Source of the DNA: a virus
Taxonomy: Duplodnaviria; Caudoviricetes
Reading direction: 5' to 3' (one strand)
DNA length: 64,000 bases
IMG/VR virus record: IMGVR_UViG_3300009540_000001
Location: 108,375 to 172,374 of that record
Shown here in pieces: positions 1 to 9,717 of this stretch. Within the stretch, counting starts at the first letter, position 1, and every line of letters begins with the position of its first letter. Made by a program: the position numbers and the translations under genes. The notes beneath the pieces were generated by a model. It saw only the letters and a program-made list of their open reading frames with translations. It searched no databases and was not told where the DNA came from.

Positions 1-780
1 CTCAGCCGCCCGCTGCACGTCGAATCCGATGTACCCCGTCGTCGCCGCGCTGATCGTCACGCGCATCGCCTGTCGCGGGTGCACCAGCTGCTTGATGTCG
101 GTGTACGAGATCTTCCCGTCCGTCGGCGTGAGGCACGGGTACTTGAAGAACGAGTACTCCTCCCCCGCCGGCGTGAAGTCCTCGTTCAGCCGGATCCTCG
201 AGACCTCGACGGTCAGGGGGCCGGCGAGTAGGACGTTGAAGTTCGCCGAGAACCCGAGCACCCACACGGGGTAGTCCTGCTCGAAGTGGAAGAACCCGCC
301 GTTGCCGTTGACGGGGATATCCCAGAAGTACTGGGTGACGTCGACCGCCGGGTCCGCGCCGCCGGTGAACGCGAGCGCCGCTGTCGCCGCCACGATCGTG
401 GCCCCGGTGCCCGGGACGTACGCGCGGATGGCGAAGGAGGGGGAGTTGCGCGACGCGAAGGCGTTGATCGCCGCTGCGACCTCGGTCGCGGTCGCCTGCA
501 ACGCGTTGGTCGTTCGGCGCAGGATCACGGTGATCGCCGGGCCGATCTGCGTGACGGTCGTCGCGGGGATCGTGAGCCCCGCGCCCGCGTCGACGTACTG
601 AATCGTCAGCGAATTCGCAGACGCGCCGTAGATGCGCGCGGCGTAGCGGACGATCCCGTCAACTCCGACCCCGGAGTCTACGGTGCGCCGCGCGCGACCG
701 TACTCGGTGCCGTCAAAGGTCCCGGTGCCGGTGACCTTTTGCTGGACGAAGTACTTCTGGCCTACCGGTGTCGGGTACAT
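1..780 (-). CDS. Virion structural protein, runs off left edge (MYPTPVGQKY...); sheath-like motifs; paralogue of 23053-23751
   Basis: Open frame read manually from ATG 780 to the window edge (missing from ORF track); motifs EVAAAINA and LAFTGGADP; TATACT box 7 nt upstream. Confidence 0.7.
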   Translation of the reverse strand, partial: MYPTPVGQKYFVQQKVTGTGTFDGTEYGRARRTVDSGVGVDGIVRYAARIYGASANSLTIQYVDAGAGLTIPATTVTQIGPAITVILRRTTNALQATATEVAAAINAFASRNSPSFAIRAYVPGTGATIVAATAALAFTGGADPAVDVTQYFWDIPVNGNGGFFHFEQDYPVWVLGFSANFNVLLAGPLTVEVSRIRLNEDFTPAGEEYSFFKYPCLTPTDGKISYTDIKQLVHPRQAMRVTISAATTGYIGFDVQRAAE

Positions 781-856
781 CGAGAGAAGTATACGCGCGC
801 GAGCGTCTGCGCGTAGCTCGGACGCTCAGGCACGCATCTCTCACGCCGACCAGCCG

Positions 857-1384
857 TCAGTGCCCCTTCGTCTCCGGGCCCATGTGCGCCAGTAGCACTT
901 CGATGCCGCCCTCGATCTTGTTGATCTTCTCGAGGTTCGAGGCTTGCGCGACGCGGTTCTCTGCCCCCTGGTCCGCTACGCTCTTCTGTACCTTGCGGAT
1001 CTCGTCGCTGATCTTTTCGACCTGCTGCGCTACGGACGCGGACGCGACTTGAATCTTCGACGCCGTGTCCTTGTAGACGATGCCGTCCGTACGGACGACG
1101 GCGTCGTCCAGCACGCCCTCGATGAACTTACGGCGCGAGCCGATCTGCTCGGGCGCGTTGTGCCAGTTGTCGACGATCTTCTTGATCTCCTTCTCACGCT
1201 CGGCTGCCGCATCCGGCGCCGCGTTGATCGCGATGATCGTCTCCTTCACAGCGGGCTTGCCGGTCTTTTCCCAGAAGCCGCGCACGAGGAGCATGAGAAG
1301 GCCCCACAGGATGCCAGTTCCGATCAGGACGCTGGCGAGCCAGCCACCGACGGCTTCCACGGTAACGGCCATAAGGGTCTGCAT
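857..1384 (-). CDS. Membrane protein with N-terminal TM helix and C-terminal coiled coil (holin/lysis-accessory-like)
   Basis: Hydrophobic segment WLASVLIGTGILWGLLMLLV; heptad-like C-terminus. Confidence 0.55.
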   Translation of the reverse strand: MQTLMAVTVEAVGGWLASVLIGTGILWGLLMLLVRGFWEKTGKPAVKETIIAINAAPDAAAEREKEIKKIVDNWHNAPEQIGSRRKFIEGVLDDAVVRTDGIVYKDTASKIQVASASVAQQVEKISDEIRKVQKSVADQGAENRVAQASNLEKINKIEGGIEVLLAHMGPETKGH

Positions 1385-1409
1385 GGACGAAAGTTTACGG
1401 CGTAAGGAC

Positions 1410-1595
1410 TCAGCCCAGGAAGTACGCCGGCAGCGTCCCCGTCGGGGGCTCGCCCTGGCGGTACTCCTGCGTCCCGCCGTTGTTGGCGGTCCATAGGACG
1501 CCGAGCTCGACCTCGGAGCGCTGCCCGCCGTTGTCGATCTGCTCTTGCGCGGTCTGCACGAGGGCCGCGCGGGTGTCGATGCTGAAGGTTGCCAT
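1410..1595 (-). CDS. Small hypothetical virion-module protein
   Basis: 61 aa ORF with AGGAG SD, collinear with tail genes. Confidence 0.6.
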   Translation of the reverse strand: MATFSIDTRAALVQTAQEQIDNGGQRSEVELGVLWTANNGGTQEYRQGEPPTGTLPAYFLG

Positions 1596-1604
1596 GGGTT
1601 ACTC

Positions 1605-2714
1605 CTACCGAGAGATCTTCACGCCGCCCGTCCCCGTCACGTCATCGAGGTTGACGCGCACGAGGATGTTGTCGAGCGCGACCCAGCTTACGCCGTCTCG
1701 GTCTACGCCCATGCGGCCGAGGTCCCAGTTCTCCGTGTTCCACCGCCACGCGTTCGAGCGCCCGTAGATGCCGCCGTCTGGCGCGGCCAAGACGTTGCGC
1801 CGCACGTACTCCCCAGCGATGCCGCGTATACGCCCGCCGAGAAGGTCGTGACCGAGGGCGCCAACGAGAGGGTACAGACCGTACCCTGCTTGGTTGTAAG
1901 TCGGCACCGTGGGAACCATTCGATGCGCTCCCGACGATCCCGGTTGCCCCGCGAATGTGTACCCCTCGGCCGGGGTGATGATCTTGTCCTCGTCCGCCAG
2001 TTCGGCCAGCGTAAACGAGGACCCTGCGAACACGACCCCGTTGTTCGGGGTGACGGCGACGCGGTTCCCGAGCATGGAGTCCCACATCAGGGACAAACCC
2101 CCTGCGGGCGGGGCGGCACCGGCTGTCCACAGCTTCATGTACAAGTACGGTGCAGTGGTGTCGCCGTTGACGCCGATGATCAACCGGGAGGACGTCGAGT
2201 ACAGCGTGGGGACGGCCCAACCGATAGGGCTCACGTTCGAGCCGCTCCCCAACAGGATGATCTCCGTACTCCCAGGGAGCGGAGCGGGTTGTCTGTTTGC
2301 GGTGGCGGTTGTCCCGTCGAAGCCCCCCGAAGAGTACTTGATACGCAATTCGGGAGAGACGTTCGAGATGATCTGAATCGCGAGCTCTCCCGACAGCCCG
2401 CCGGGACGCTTGAGCGTGAAGTGCGGGCGGGCGTTGTAAAAACTTCGAGGTCTTGCTGGGGTGTTGTTCTGCTGGGGGTCGCCGTACGTCCCGAGAAGCG
2501 CGTACAGGCCGTCGAGGGTGTCCAAGTTGAACACATCCCCGGACGCCAAAACCTGTGCGTCCCCATCGCCACTGCACCCCACGGTGTAACCGTTTGAACA
2601 TGCGATGCTCTTCAGCGCGAGGATCGCTTGCGCGACGTTGTACTTGGACCGCAGTACGTTGCCGACAAAGTTCGCCGGGGCTGTAAGCGTGGATCGGTGA
2701 CTTAGAGCTGCCAT
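1605..2714 (-). CDS. Putative tail-associated protein; paralogue of 2722-3906
   Basis: Shared motifs IKYSSGGFDGTTAT / VKFSKGGFANGTAT and MWDSML / MWDSLD. Confidence 0.65.
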   Translation of the reverse strand: MAALSHRSTLTAPANFVGNVLRSKYNVAQAILALKSIACSNGYTVGCSGDGDAQVLASGDVFNLDTLDGLYALLGTYGDPQQNNTPARPRSFYNARPHFTLKRPGGLSGELAIQIISNVSPELRIKYSSGGFDGTTATANRQPAPLPGSTEIILLGSGSNVSPIGWAVPTLYSTSSRLIIGVNGDTTAPYLYMKLWTAGAAPPAGGLSLMWDSMLGNRVAVTPNNGVVFAGSSFTLAELADEDKIITPAEGYTFAGQPGSSGAHRMVPTVPTYNQAGYGLYPLVGALGHDLLGGRIRGIAGEYVRRNVLAAPDGGIYGRSNAWRWNTENWDLGRMGVDRDGVSWVALDNILVRVNLDDVTGTGGVKISR

Positions 2715-2721
2715 GGTCTCC

Positions 2722-3906
2722 TCAGACGATCAGGGCGACGTTGTTGAGGCCAGGGCTTGCGCCGTTGTTTACGGGCACCCAGACGTTGTTGCACAGGGCG
2801 TAGGCGACGCCCCCGCCAGGGTCCCCCATGCTCAAGTGCGCGCGCATCGGCTCGCCCGTCGCCCAGAGGAAGTTCTTCGAACGACCGATGTACCCGGACT
2901 TGCGGTCCACCGACGAATTGCCCGGGACGCAGTAGTGGATCGGCAGCACGCTCTCCAAGCTGGAGTCGAGCGAGTCGTATCCGAGGCCTCCGACAGCGTT
3001 TGTGCGTTCGTAAATCAGAGGGACGTACTGGCCCGTCTTGTAGACGCTCGGGATGTACGCGCACACCGCTTGAGCGCCATCTCCACACGAGCCGCCCAGG
3101 CCGTGTCCCGTGAACGTGCCCGCATCAAGTTCGGCAATGTCGTACTTCCCCAGGAACGCGGCGCTGCCGCCATAAAAGGCGCCGTTCGACGTGAAGTGAC
3201 ACACGGCGCCGTTGTCGAGCGGGTTCCCTGCGGCATCGTAGCCGAGATCATCGAGGGAGTCCCACATGGCGAACATGTCGGGATCTGCAACTCCGTCCTT
3301 GTGCCCTTCGAGCCAAAAGAACGGGTTGTTGGGATCGTCGTTGACGCCCATGTTGAACCGAACCTCAGTCGCGGACGCCAGTTGGTTGACCCATGTGTAG
3401 TAGGCGACAGGAGCCGCGTCCGTAGACCCGGTATGAACCCCCGCGATCACGCGCTCATCCCCCGCAACCAGGGGTGCGGGGGCTGCCGTTGCGGTACCGT
3501 TCGCGAAGCCGCCCTTGCTGAACTTCACGCGAAGGAAGATCGAATAGTTGCCATTCGCGTAGGCTTCTACGTGCTGAATGCAGAACTGCCCTTTGAACTT
3601 CGCAGGTGTACCTACGGGCGTCTCGACGACGTAGTAGGCGTTGTAGTTGTTGATGCTGTTCACGATGTACGAGAGGTTCATCCCAAGTTGGTAAAAGTTG
3701 GGAGCGCCTGTGTTGTTGTTGTTCGAGGCGTTGAGCAGGATGTCGCTGGCGGACCAGAGCGACCCGTCCGCGCTCTGCTTCACGACCCACGAGGCGGTCT
3801 TGAGCAACGCCTTGAAACGCCAGATCACTTCGCCTGGAGGGATCAGGGAGTTGAAGCACGCGCCTACAAACGTCGAGACGTCGTTCGCTACGTGATAGAG
3901 GGTCAT
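2722..3906 (-). CDS. Putative tail-associated protein
   Basis: 394 aa, Gly/Asn/Tyr-rich, directly downstream of the tail fibre gene. Confidence 0.65.
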   Translation of the reverse strand: MTLYHVANDVSTFVGACFNSLIPPGEVIWRFKALLKTASWVVKQSADGSLWSASDILLNASNNNNTGAPNFYQLGMNLSYIVNSINNYNAYYVVETPVGTPAKFKGQFCIQHVEAYANGNYSIFLRVKFSKGGFANGTATAAPAPLVAGDERVIAGVHTGSTDAAPVAYYTWVNQLASATEVRFNMGVNDDPNNPFFWLEGHKDGVADPDMFAMWDSLDDLGYDAAGNPLDNGAVCHFTSNGAFYGGSAAFLGKYDIAELDAGTFTGHGLGGSCGDGAQAVCAYIPSVYKTGQYVPLIYERTNAVGGLGYDSLDSSLESVLPIHYCVPGNSSVDRKSGYIGRSKNFLWATGEPMRAHLSMGDPGGGVAYALCNNVWVPVNNGASPGLNNVALIV

Positions 3907-3915
3907 GGGGTCTCT

Positions 3916-6900
3916 TTACGCCGTAACGGCGAGGGTGCCACGGTACATGACGGCCTGGGTCGCTGCGTTCGTGGGGGTCACGCGGAGCTGGAGGACGTCG
4001 CCATCGGTGAGCTGTCCTGCGATGTCGTCTGAAGTCTTGTGCTCACCGTTCGCGTCGGTGATCGTCAAGAAGTTATTCACGCCGTTCAAGTTCGTGAACG
4101 CCGTCCATACGCCCGCGACGAGCTTGTAGAGGCGCACTTCCACGGCGTTCGCGCCGTCCGTGCTCGCGCCCGTCACACGGAGCTTGACGGTCGTACCCAC
4201 GTGGTCCGACGCGTTCCAAGCTCCGCCGCCGATGACAGCTTCAGAGGTGTCCGCGAGGGTGGTGACCTTGAGACCGTGCAGGAGGGGTGCGTACGTCGGG
4301 GCGCCCGCAGTCACCGAGAAGCCGAAGCCTCCGACGACGAGGTTGTCTTGCACACCGCCGAAGTCGAACGCCTTGAACACGAAGGCATTGTCGGCTTGGA
4401 GCGTGAGTCCCGTGAGGGAACCCCTGATCCGCTCGCCCGCAAACGGGGCAATGGTGATCGTCTGCTTGAACGAGGGCCCCGCGTGAACGACGGTGACTTT
4501 CCGCCCCGTCGTCTCGCTCACCACGCTCGCGAGCGTGACGGTGAACGAGGCTCCCGAGAGCGGAAGAACGACCGCGAGCGTCGTCTGACGGCTGAGCGTA
4601 GCCGCGCCGGTCACGATCTGAATGACGTCGTCGTCGCTGACGCCGTAGCCTCCGTAGGCGATCAAGCCGAGGTTCGTACGGTGCCCGTTCGTCAAACCGT
4701 CGAGGATCGCCGGGCCAAACAGCATGATGCCGCCGCCCGTCGTGGAGTCGAACCCGTACGTGGGCGAGGCGGTCTCAACGGTGTAGCGGCAACCGGGCTT
4801 GCGAAGGAACACGCCCAAGTTGGCCGCGTTCACGAACGCAACGCCGTTGACCGTTTGCTGGTGCCCCATGCTGTGCTCGATGGTCGAGCCCGCACCGTTT
4901 ACAGTTTGCTTACCGTAGGAGTACCCGCCTTCAATAACGAGAATGCCCGCATTCTCGACCAGCACTACGTCGCGGTTCTTTGTCGTCGTGGCGCTCCCGA
5001 GAACGCAGTCACGCGCAAAGACGATGCCACTGCCAGCGCTCAACCCCACATACGTCGCCTGCGTGGGTACGAGCACGCACTGTTCCAGGGTCACACCGGC
5101 CGCCCCTGTGCCGCTGATCCGCAGGCAGTCACCCGCCGTCGCGTTGCCCGTGAACTTCACTCGGCGAAGCTGTGCGTTGCGGATGGTGTTCGAGGTGGCG
5201 ATCGTGAGCCCGCGCGTGTTCGTCACGCTCTGGTTGTCGATCGTCAGGTCTTGCCAGACGCACGCGAGGGTTGCATCGGCCGCGTCCATGGCGAGCCCGG
5301 TGACGGTCGTGATGATCGTCTCCTCCGCACGCCCCGCGTACCCCATCACCGTGAGACCCTGCTTGAGCAGGATGTTGTCCCAGGTGTACGCGCCCGGCGC
5401 GACCAACATGGCCTTCGGGTTCGAGATCGAGATCCCGTCCGTGACCATCTGCGCGTACGCCGCAGCCGGGGTCGCGTACTGCGGGCTCGAGCCCGCAGGG
5501 CCCGAAGCTGCGGGGCCTACGAGGTACACCGGCAGCGTGTACGAGGCCGGGGCCGCTGCTGTGGTCTTCGACGCGAGAATGATCCACTTGTCGTCGTGAG
5601 CTGCGAACTCGTACGCGTCGTTCCACTTGAAGACCGTGGAGTTGAGCGTGGCGTCGTAGTCGATACCTGCGCTCGCGTGCGCCGCGAGCGTCAGGTTCTG
5701 CGTGTAGGTGCCCCCCGTGTACTTCACCCGCAGGCGGCGCTCCTCGCGCCAGCTCGCCGGGTTCGGCATCGTCACCGTGAAGGTGGTGGGCGAAGACGGG
5801 ACCACCAGCGCCAACGTCGTCGCGTCTGCGATCGTCGCCGTGCCGGTGATGGTCTGCACGCGCTCGGGGTGCGTGAGGTAGTACCCGTCGTAGGTGATGC
5901 CGGCAGCGGTCTGGTACCGGGTCGTAGCGTCTGCATCGAGGGCGTACGCGCCATGCGTGTACACCGAGCCCGAAGTTCCCGTGCTGAACAGGAAGTTCGA
6001 GTTGGCGTCCATTCGGAACTTGTGCCCGCCTTGCAAGGCGACGGTCGAGCCGTTCTCGATCTCGAACAAGCTCGTCTCGATGAAGACGGGCCCTACGAGG
6101 AAGTCGGAATAGCCGAAGACGTTGACCCCAACCCCCAAGCTCAGGTTGGACGTGTTGGTCAACGTCATGGAGCCGATGATGTGGTCGGGCGGACCCGACT
6201 CAGCGTTTACCTCCGCAGGTACCGTGACGACGACATCCACGCTGTCGTCCAGACGCATCGCACGGCCTGTCGAACCGGCGATGTTGCCCCCGGCGCGAAC
6301 CAGCCCGCTCCACAGAATCTCGACGGGGCCGGTGGCATTCAGCCCGTCGCCGCTCACGCCGCCCGTTGTCGTGCAGTTTACCGCGTAGATAAAGCTGTCG
6401 TTCTGGAGCAGCGAGCCATCCACCGCGAAGCCGTGCGAGCCTGCGACGTTGCCGCCGTAGAAGTTGCAGTTTGTGAACCGCAGCGAGAAGCCGTCGATCG
6501 ACTGGTTGTTGAACCCCCCTACGGTCGCTCCCGGAGGGTACACGCCGCAGTTCGACAAGCCCGCTGTCGTGGAAGTCGTGAGCGTTGTGACCGAACCGAT
6601 GATCGACTGCGCGCTCGCGCTCGGGTTCACACCGACCAGAAAACAGCCGTCCAACAGAGTAACGTCTTCGACGAACTCACCGACGAAGAAGCCCACGCGC
6701 GGTGCGCCCGAATTCGCGCCGTCCGCGATCATCGCCGCCTGCATCGCCGTAAGCGTCGCGTACTGCGGGTTGGTGCCTCCCGGACCCATCCCGGCTGCGC
6801 CCGCGACGTACAGCGACATTCCGCCGTCGGTGATCGGCTTCCACGCCGAACCCGTGTAGTACTCGAAACGGGCCGTGGTGGTGTTGTAGATAAGCAGCGA

Positions 6901-7728
6901 CGTCGCAGGGGCGGCAATCGCGTCGCGCTGCACCGTGGTCAGGCGGTTGACGAGCACGCCCGTCGTCGTCCCTTGCAGGTCGATCGACGCGCTCGCCGCG
7001 CGCGCTGTCGTGCCCTGCGCGAAGCCGGTGGCCGCGCCGACCTCTCCGTTCGAGCGCGAGACGACCGTCGTGCCGACGTGCAGGCCGCTGGCGAGCGTCA
7101 TCTTCAGCCCGGTCGGCACGTACCACGAGTGCGTCGACGTGGACTGCACATACCGGACGACGGTCCCGGTACGCATCTCCGAGGACGTTGTACCGACGAT
7201 CATCATCGGAGCGGTGCCGTCGCCGAATTCGTGTCCGCTCGAGTACTGGTAGACGTTGATGATCCCGCCGCCCGTGTCGACTTGCAGCGGAATCCCGACG
7301 TCCAGGACCGGCGCAGCGCCGAACGTCTTGATCCCGGTGATCGTCTCAGGACCGGCGATGTGGACGTAGTTCCCGTCCTGCGAGCCCTCGAGCGCCGTGC
7401 CCGCGACAATCCCGTAGTCGACGTTGAAGGTGTCGCCACCCGTGAGCGTGAGGCCCGTGCCAGCGAAGTACGGCGTGCCGCCTGTGGGGGCCGCCCAAGT
7501 CGGAATGCCCGCGACCACCGTGAGGACGTCGCCGGGGGCCCCAATCGCCCTACGCACCCACCCCGACACGCCTCGGTACGCGAGGTCGCCCAGGGCCTCG
7601 CCTACGAACCCCCACGACAACGTGAACGTCGTGTTGGTGTCCCCGCCTTGCAGGGGCGCAGTCGTGTTGATGGTGATGTTCGCGCCGCTGCTGCTGCCGG
7701 CGCACTTCAGGCGGCTGATCATGCTCAC
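3916..7728 (-). CDS. Tail fibre/tailspike-like protein with two duplicated beta-helix-like modules
   Basis: 1270 aa Thr/Gly/Ala-rich; fibre motifs ETITGIKTF and RLTTVQRDAIAAPATSLLIYNTTT; repeated PQYAT modules. Confidence 0.75.
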   Translation of the reverse strand: MSMISRLKCAGSSSGANITINTTAPLQGGDTNTTFTLSWGFVGEALGDLAYRGVSGWVRRAIGAPGDVLTVVAGIPTWAAPTGGTPYFAGTGLTLTGGDTFNVDYGIVAGTALEGSQDGNYVHIAGPETITGIKTFGAAPVLDVGIPLQVDTGGGIINVYQYSSGHEFGDGTAPMMIVGTTSSEMRTGTVVRYVQSTSTHSWYVPTGLKMTLASGLHVGTTVVSRSNGEVGAATGFAQGTTARAASASIDLQGTTTGVLVNRLTTVQRDAIAAPATSLLIYNTTTARFEYYTGSAWKPITDGGMSLYVAGAAGMGPGGTNPQYATLTAMQAAMIADGANSGAPRVGFFVGEFVEDVTLLDGCFLVGVNPSASAQSIIGSVTTLTTSTTAGLSNCGVYPPGATVGGFNNQSIDGFSLRFTNCNFYGGNVAGSHGFAVDGSLLQNDSFIYAVNCTTTGGVSGDGLNATGPVEILWSGLVRAGGNIAGSTGRAMRLDDSVDVVVTVPAEVNAESGPPDHIIGSMTLTNTSNLSLGVGVNVFGYSDFLVGPVFIETSLFEIENGSTVALQGGHKFRMDANSNFLFSTGTSGSVYTHGAYALDADATTRYQTAAGITYDGYYLTHPERVQTITGTATIADATTLALVVPSSPTTFTVTMPNPASWREERRLRVKYTGGTYTQNLTLAAHASAGIDYDATLNSTVFKWNDAYEFAAHDDKWIILASKTTAAAPASYTLPVYLVGPAASGPAGSSPQYATPAAAYAQMVTDGISISNPKAMLVAPGAYTWDNILLKQGLTVMGYAGRAEETIITTVTGLAMDAADATLACVWQDLTIDNQSVTNTRGLTIATSNTIRNAQLRRVKFTGNATAGDCLRISGTGAAGVTLEQCVLVPTQATYVGLSAGSGIVFARDCVLGSATTTKNRDVVLVENAGILVIEGGYSYGKQTVNGAGSTIEHSMGHQQTVNGVAFVNAANLGVFLRKPGCRYTVETASPTYGFDSTTGGGIMLFGPAILDGLTNGHRTNLGLIAYGGYGVSDDDVIQIVTGAATLSRQTTLAVVLPLSGASFTVTLASVVSETTGRKVTVVHAGPSFKQTITIAPFAGERIRGSLTGLTLQADNAFVFKAFDFGGVQDNLVVGGFGFSVTAGAPTYAPLLHGLKVTTLADTSEAVIGGGAWNASDHVGTTVKLRVTGASTDGANAVEVRLYKLVAGVWTAFTNLNGVNNFLTITDANGEHKTSDDIAGQLTDGDVLQLRVTPTNAATQAVMYRGTLAVTA

Positions 7729-7749
7729 GGGGGCAAGGGTAGGGGTCGG

Positions 7750-8061
7750 CTACCGGCGTCGGGTCCGCCTACGCTCCTGGCTCTCGAGCGGGGAACACAC
7801 TCGGGCATGCTCCAGTTCGAGGTGGCAGTTCGCGCACACGACCTGGCACTTCGCGGCCTCGCGCAGCACGACCGACAAGGGTACGCGCCCGTTGCGGGCG
7901 TGGCTGACGTTGAAGTGCTTGCGCTTGCCGGGCAGGTGATCGAACTGCATCACGTACGGCGGGTACTCGACGCGGCAGCGCGCACAGGGGACGGCCTTCA
8001 GGCGATCGAGCGTCTGCCGAATGTGAAGGCGAACGTGCAGGGGGACGAAGGCGTGGGGCAC
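7750..8061 (-). CDS. HNH endonuclease
   Basis: CARC...FDH...CQVVCANCH. Confidence 0.85.
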   Translation of the reverse strand: MPHAFVPLHVRLHIRQTLDRLKAVPCARCRVEYPPYVMQFDHLPGKRKHFNVSHARNGRVPLSVVLREAAKCQVVCANCHLELEHARVCSPLESQERRRTRRR

Positions 8062-8087
8062 CGAGGCAAGATTACGGGGTAAAGAAA

Positions 8088-8117
8088 ACGGGACGGAGCC
8101 TCGCAGCCCGTCCCGTT
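8088..8117 (-). terminator. Intrinsic terminator after the DUF6948-like pair
   Basis: Stem AACGGGACGG/CCGTCCCGTT followed by TTCTTT on the minus strand. Confidence 0.6.
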
Positions 8118-8128
8118 CCCTTTACGAC

Positions 8129-8557
8129 TCAGGTGTCGTCGTCGTCCTGCTCGGTCTGCGCGTCGTCGTCCTCGTCGCGCTCCCCAGTCGGAGCCTCGAC
8201 GAGGATGTTCGTCTGGCCACGCGCCGCCTGGAGCTCCTTGAGCTGCTCCGACAGGTCGGCGTCGATCGAGGATGGCCACGTGATCGACTTCCACTTGTCG
8301 GCGCTCATTGGGAAGCGGAACAGTATCTGCTTCTCCTCGAACGCGACGCGCCCGGGGATCAGATCGAGAACGGTGGCCTCGGCAGGCCCTTCCTGGAGCG
8401 GACCGATGCCGCGCTCCGTGCCCCAGCGCTTCGCGACGCAGGGGTTCTCCATCACGCAGACAGTCGGGTCGGGGTCGTGCATCACGGCTCCCATGATGAT
8501 CCACCCGTGCGTGAGCACGAGCAGGCGATAGTCGAAGTCCCGTGGGGCCTGGTTCAT
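8129..8557 (-). CDS. DUF6948-like small beta-barrel protein, copy 2, with acidic tail
   Basis: LVLTHGWIIMG...KRWGTERGIG...GP...LDLIPG; clear paralogue of 8560-8862; family name from memory. Confidence 0.65.
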   Translation of the reverse strand: MNQAPRDFDYRLLVLTHGWIIMGAVMHDPDPTVCVMENPCVAKRWGTERGIGPLQEGPAEATVLDLIPGRVAFEEKQILFRFPMSADKWKSITWPSSIDADLSEQLKELQAARGQTNILVEAPTGERDEDDDAQTEQDDDDT

Positions 8558-8559
8558 GG

Positions 8560-8862
8560 CTAGCTAGAACCCTTCTCGATCGGGCCGACGAGGGCCTTGT
8601 CGAGCATGGGGTTCCAGACAGCGGCGTCCCCCTCGAAGGTGAAGAGGATCCCCGCGCGCTCGAAGCGCGCCTCGCCGGGGATGGGGTCGAGAATCGTTTC
8701 CGGGTTCGGACCCTTCACGATTTCTCCGATCCCCCTCTTGGTGCCCCAGCGGCGCACGACGCACGCATCCGCAAGGATCACGGCCTCTTCGGTCTCGTCG
8801 ACCAACCGGCCGACCATCACCCAGCCGTGTGCGAGAATCGCGAACTTGATCTTCTGCGCCAT
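8560..8862 (-). CDS. DUF6948-like small beta-barrel protein, copy 1
   Basis: AILAHGWVMVG...VRRWGTKRGIGEI..GP...LDPIPG. Confidence 0.65.
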   Translation of the reverse strand: MAQKIKFAILAHGWVMVGRLVDETEEAVILADACVVRRWGTKRGIGEIVKGPNPETILDPIPGEARFERAGILFTFEGDAAVWNPMLDKALVGPIEKGSS

Positions 8863-8989
8863 CTGAACTCTCCGTTTTCAAGGCGTGGTGAGAAACCATC
8901 AGGTCGCACGCAACATGCGGGCGCCAGACGTAGGTGCGCCCCGTCCCTGCGTTGCACAGGCTGACGGGGCGCGAGTCGCTGCGAGCGAC

Positions 8990-9319
8990 TGGTGGAGACG
9001 TCGGGAGTCGAACCCGAGTCCAACAGATGTTTTCGAGAGAGATACTACGGGGCCTAGTCGTCGTACTTGGGGAACTTCCGAAGCGCCCGACGACGGGCTT
9101 CTCGGAAGCGGGTGACAGGTTGCCGGTCGTTGCGGACTCGGTTTACACCCTCAGCGCCAGTGTCCGCTGGCTAGTGCTGAAGATGGTCACGCAGCTGCGA
9201 GCAGCGGCGCGGCGAAGGCGTTGTAGTTCGCGATTCAGTTCGCCTGAGTTGGAAGGTTCAGGCAACCCTTGCCCCGCACTCTTTCGAGCGCGATCCATTG
9301 TCGAAACCGTGTCGTCCCC
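8990..9319 (-). ncRNA. ssrA: tmRNA; tag (A)ANYNAFAAPLLAAA* at 9231-9187
   Basis: 5' GGGGACG...GGTTTCGAC; 3' T-arm GGGTTCGACTCCC and CGTCTCC-ACCA; acceptor stem with G3-U wobble; tag frame ends LAAA-stop. Confidence 0.95.
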
Positions 9320-9378
9320 ATAAATTCGGATGCGCAAGCATCCTACATGTCCTCATACCCGAAGTCACGTCAGATTTC

Positions 9379-9612
9379 TCACGCGCTGTACGGCGTCACT
9401 TCCAGCGGCAACGCCTTGATCTTCTCGAGGTAAGACGTGCGCGCGGCCTCGGGCGTCGCCGACAACAGAGACGCCGCAATGCGGCGAGCGCTCGATGTTG
9501 CAGCTTGTCCGAGAACGATCAGAGACCCGTCGGCGTAGAGCACGCCGTCGAGCTCAACCACCTCGAGCGCGCCGTTGCGCGTCACGCCATCACAGATGTA
9601 CCGCTTCGTCAT
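9379..9612 (-). CDS. Hypothetical protein; paralogue of 18103-18402
   Basis: MTKRYICDGVTRNGALEVVEL vs MKKYITDGRTTHDGKLIVQEL; SD AGGAGG. Confidence 0.6.
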   Translation of the reverse strand: MTKRYICDGVTRNGALEVVELDGVLYADGSLIVLGQAATSSARRIAASLLSATPEAARTSYLEKIKALPLEVTPYSA

Positions 9613-9717
9613 CGCCGCCTCCTGGAACACACACGGCCTCTGACATCGCACCGTGCGAGGTTAGAGGCCGTGTGCTCTCGGAACCTTGTACCGCGTAAAG
9701 GCGGCGGTTTCGCGAAG

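Noticed and set aside
4039-8082. 1347-aa plus-strand ORF and similar long antisense ORFs (e.g. 2713-4032, 12135-13289, 57823-59208)
   Set aside because: Arg-rich shadow frames opposite well-formed genes, as expected at high GC.
8990-9022. Stand-alone tRNA
   Set aside because: The T-arm and CCA belong to the tmRNA; its 5' acceptor strand is 330 nt away and there is no anticodon arm.
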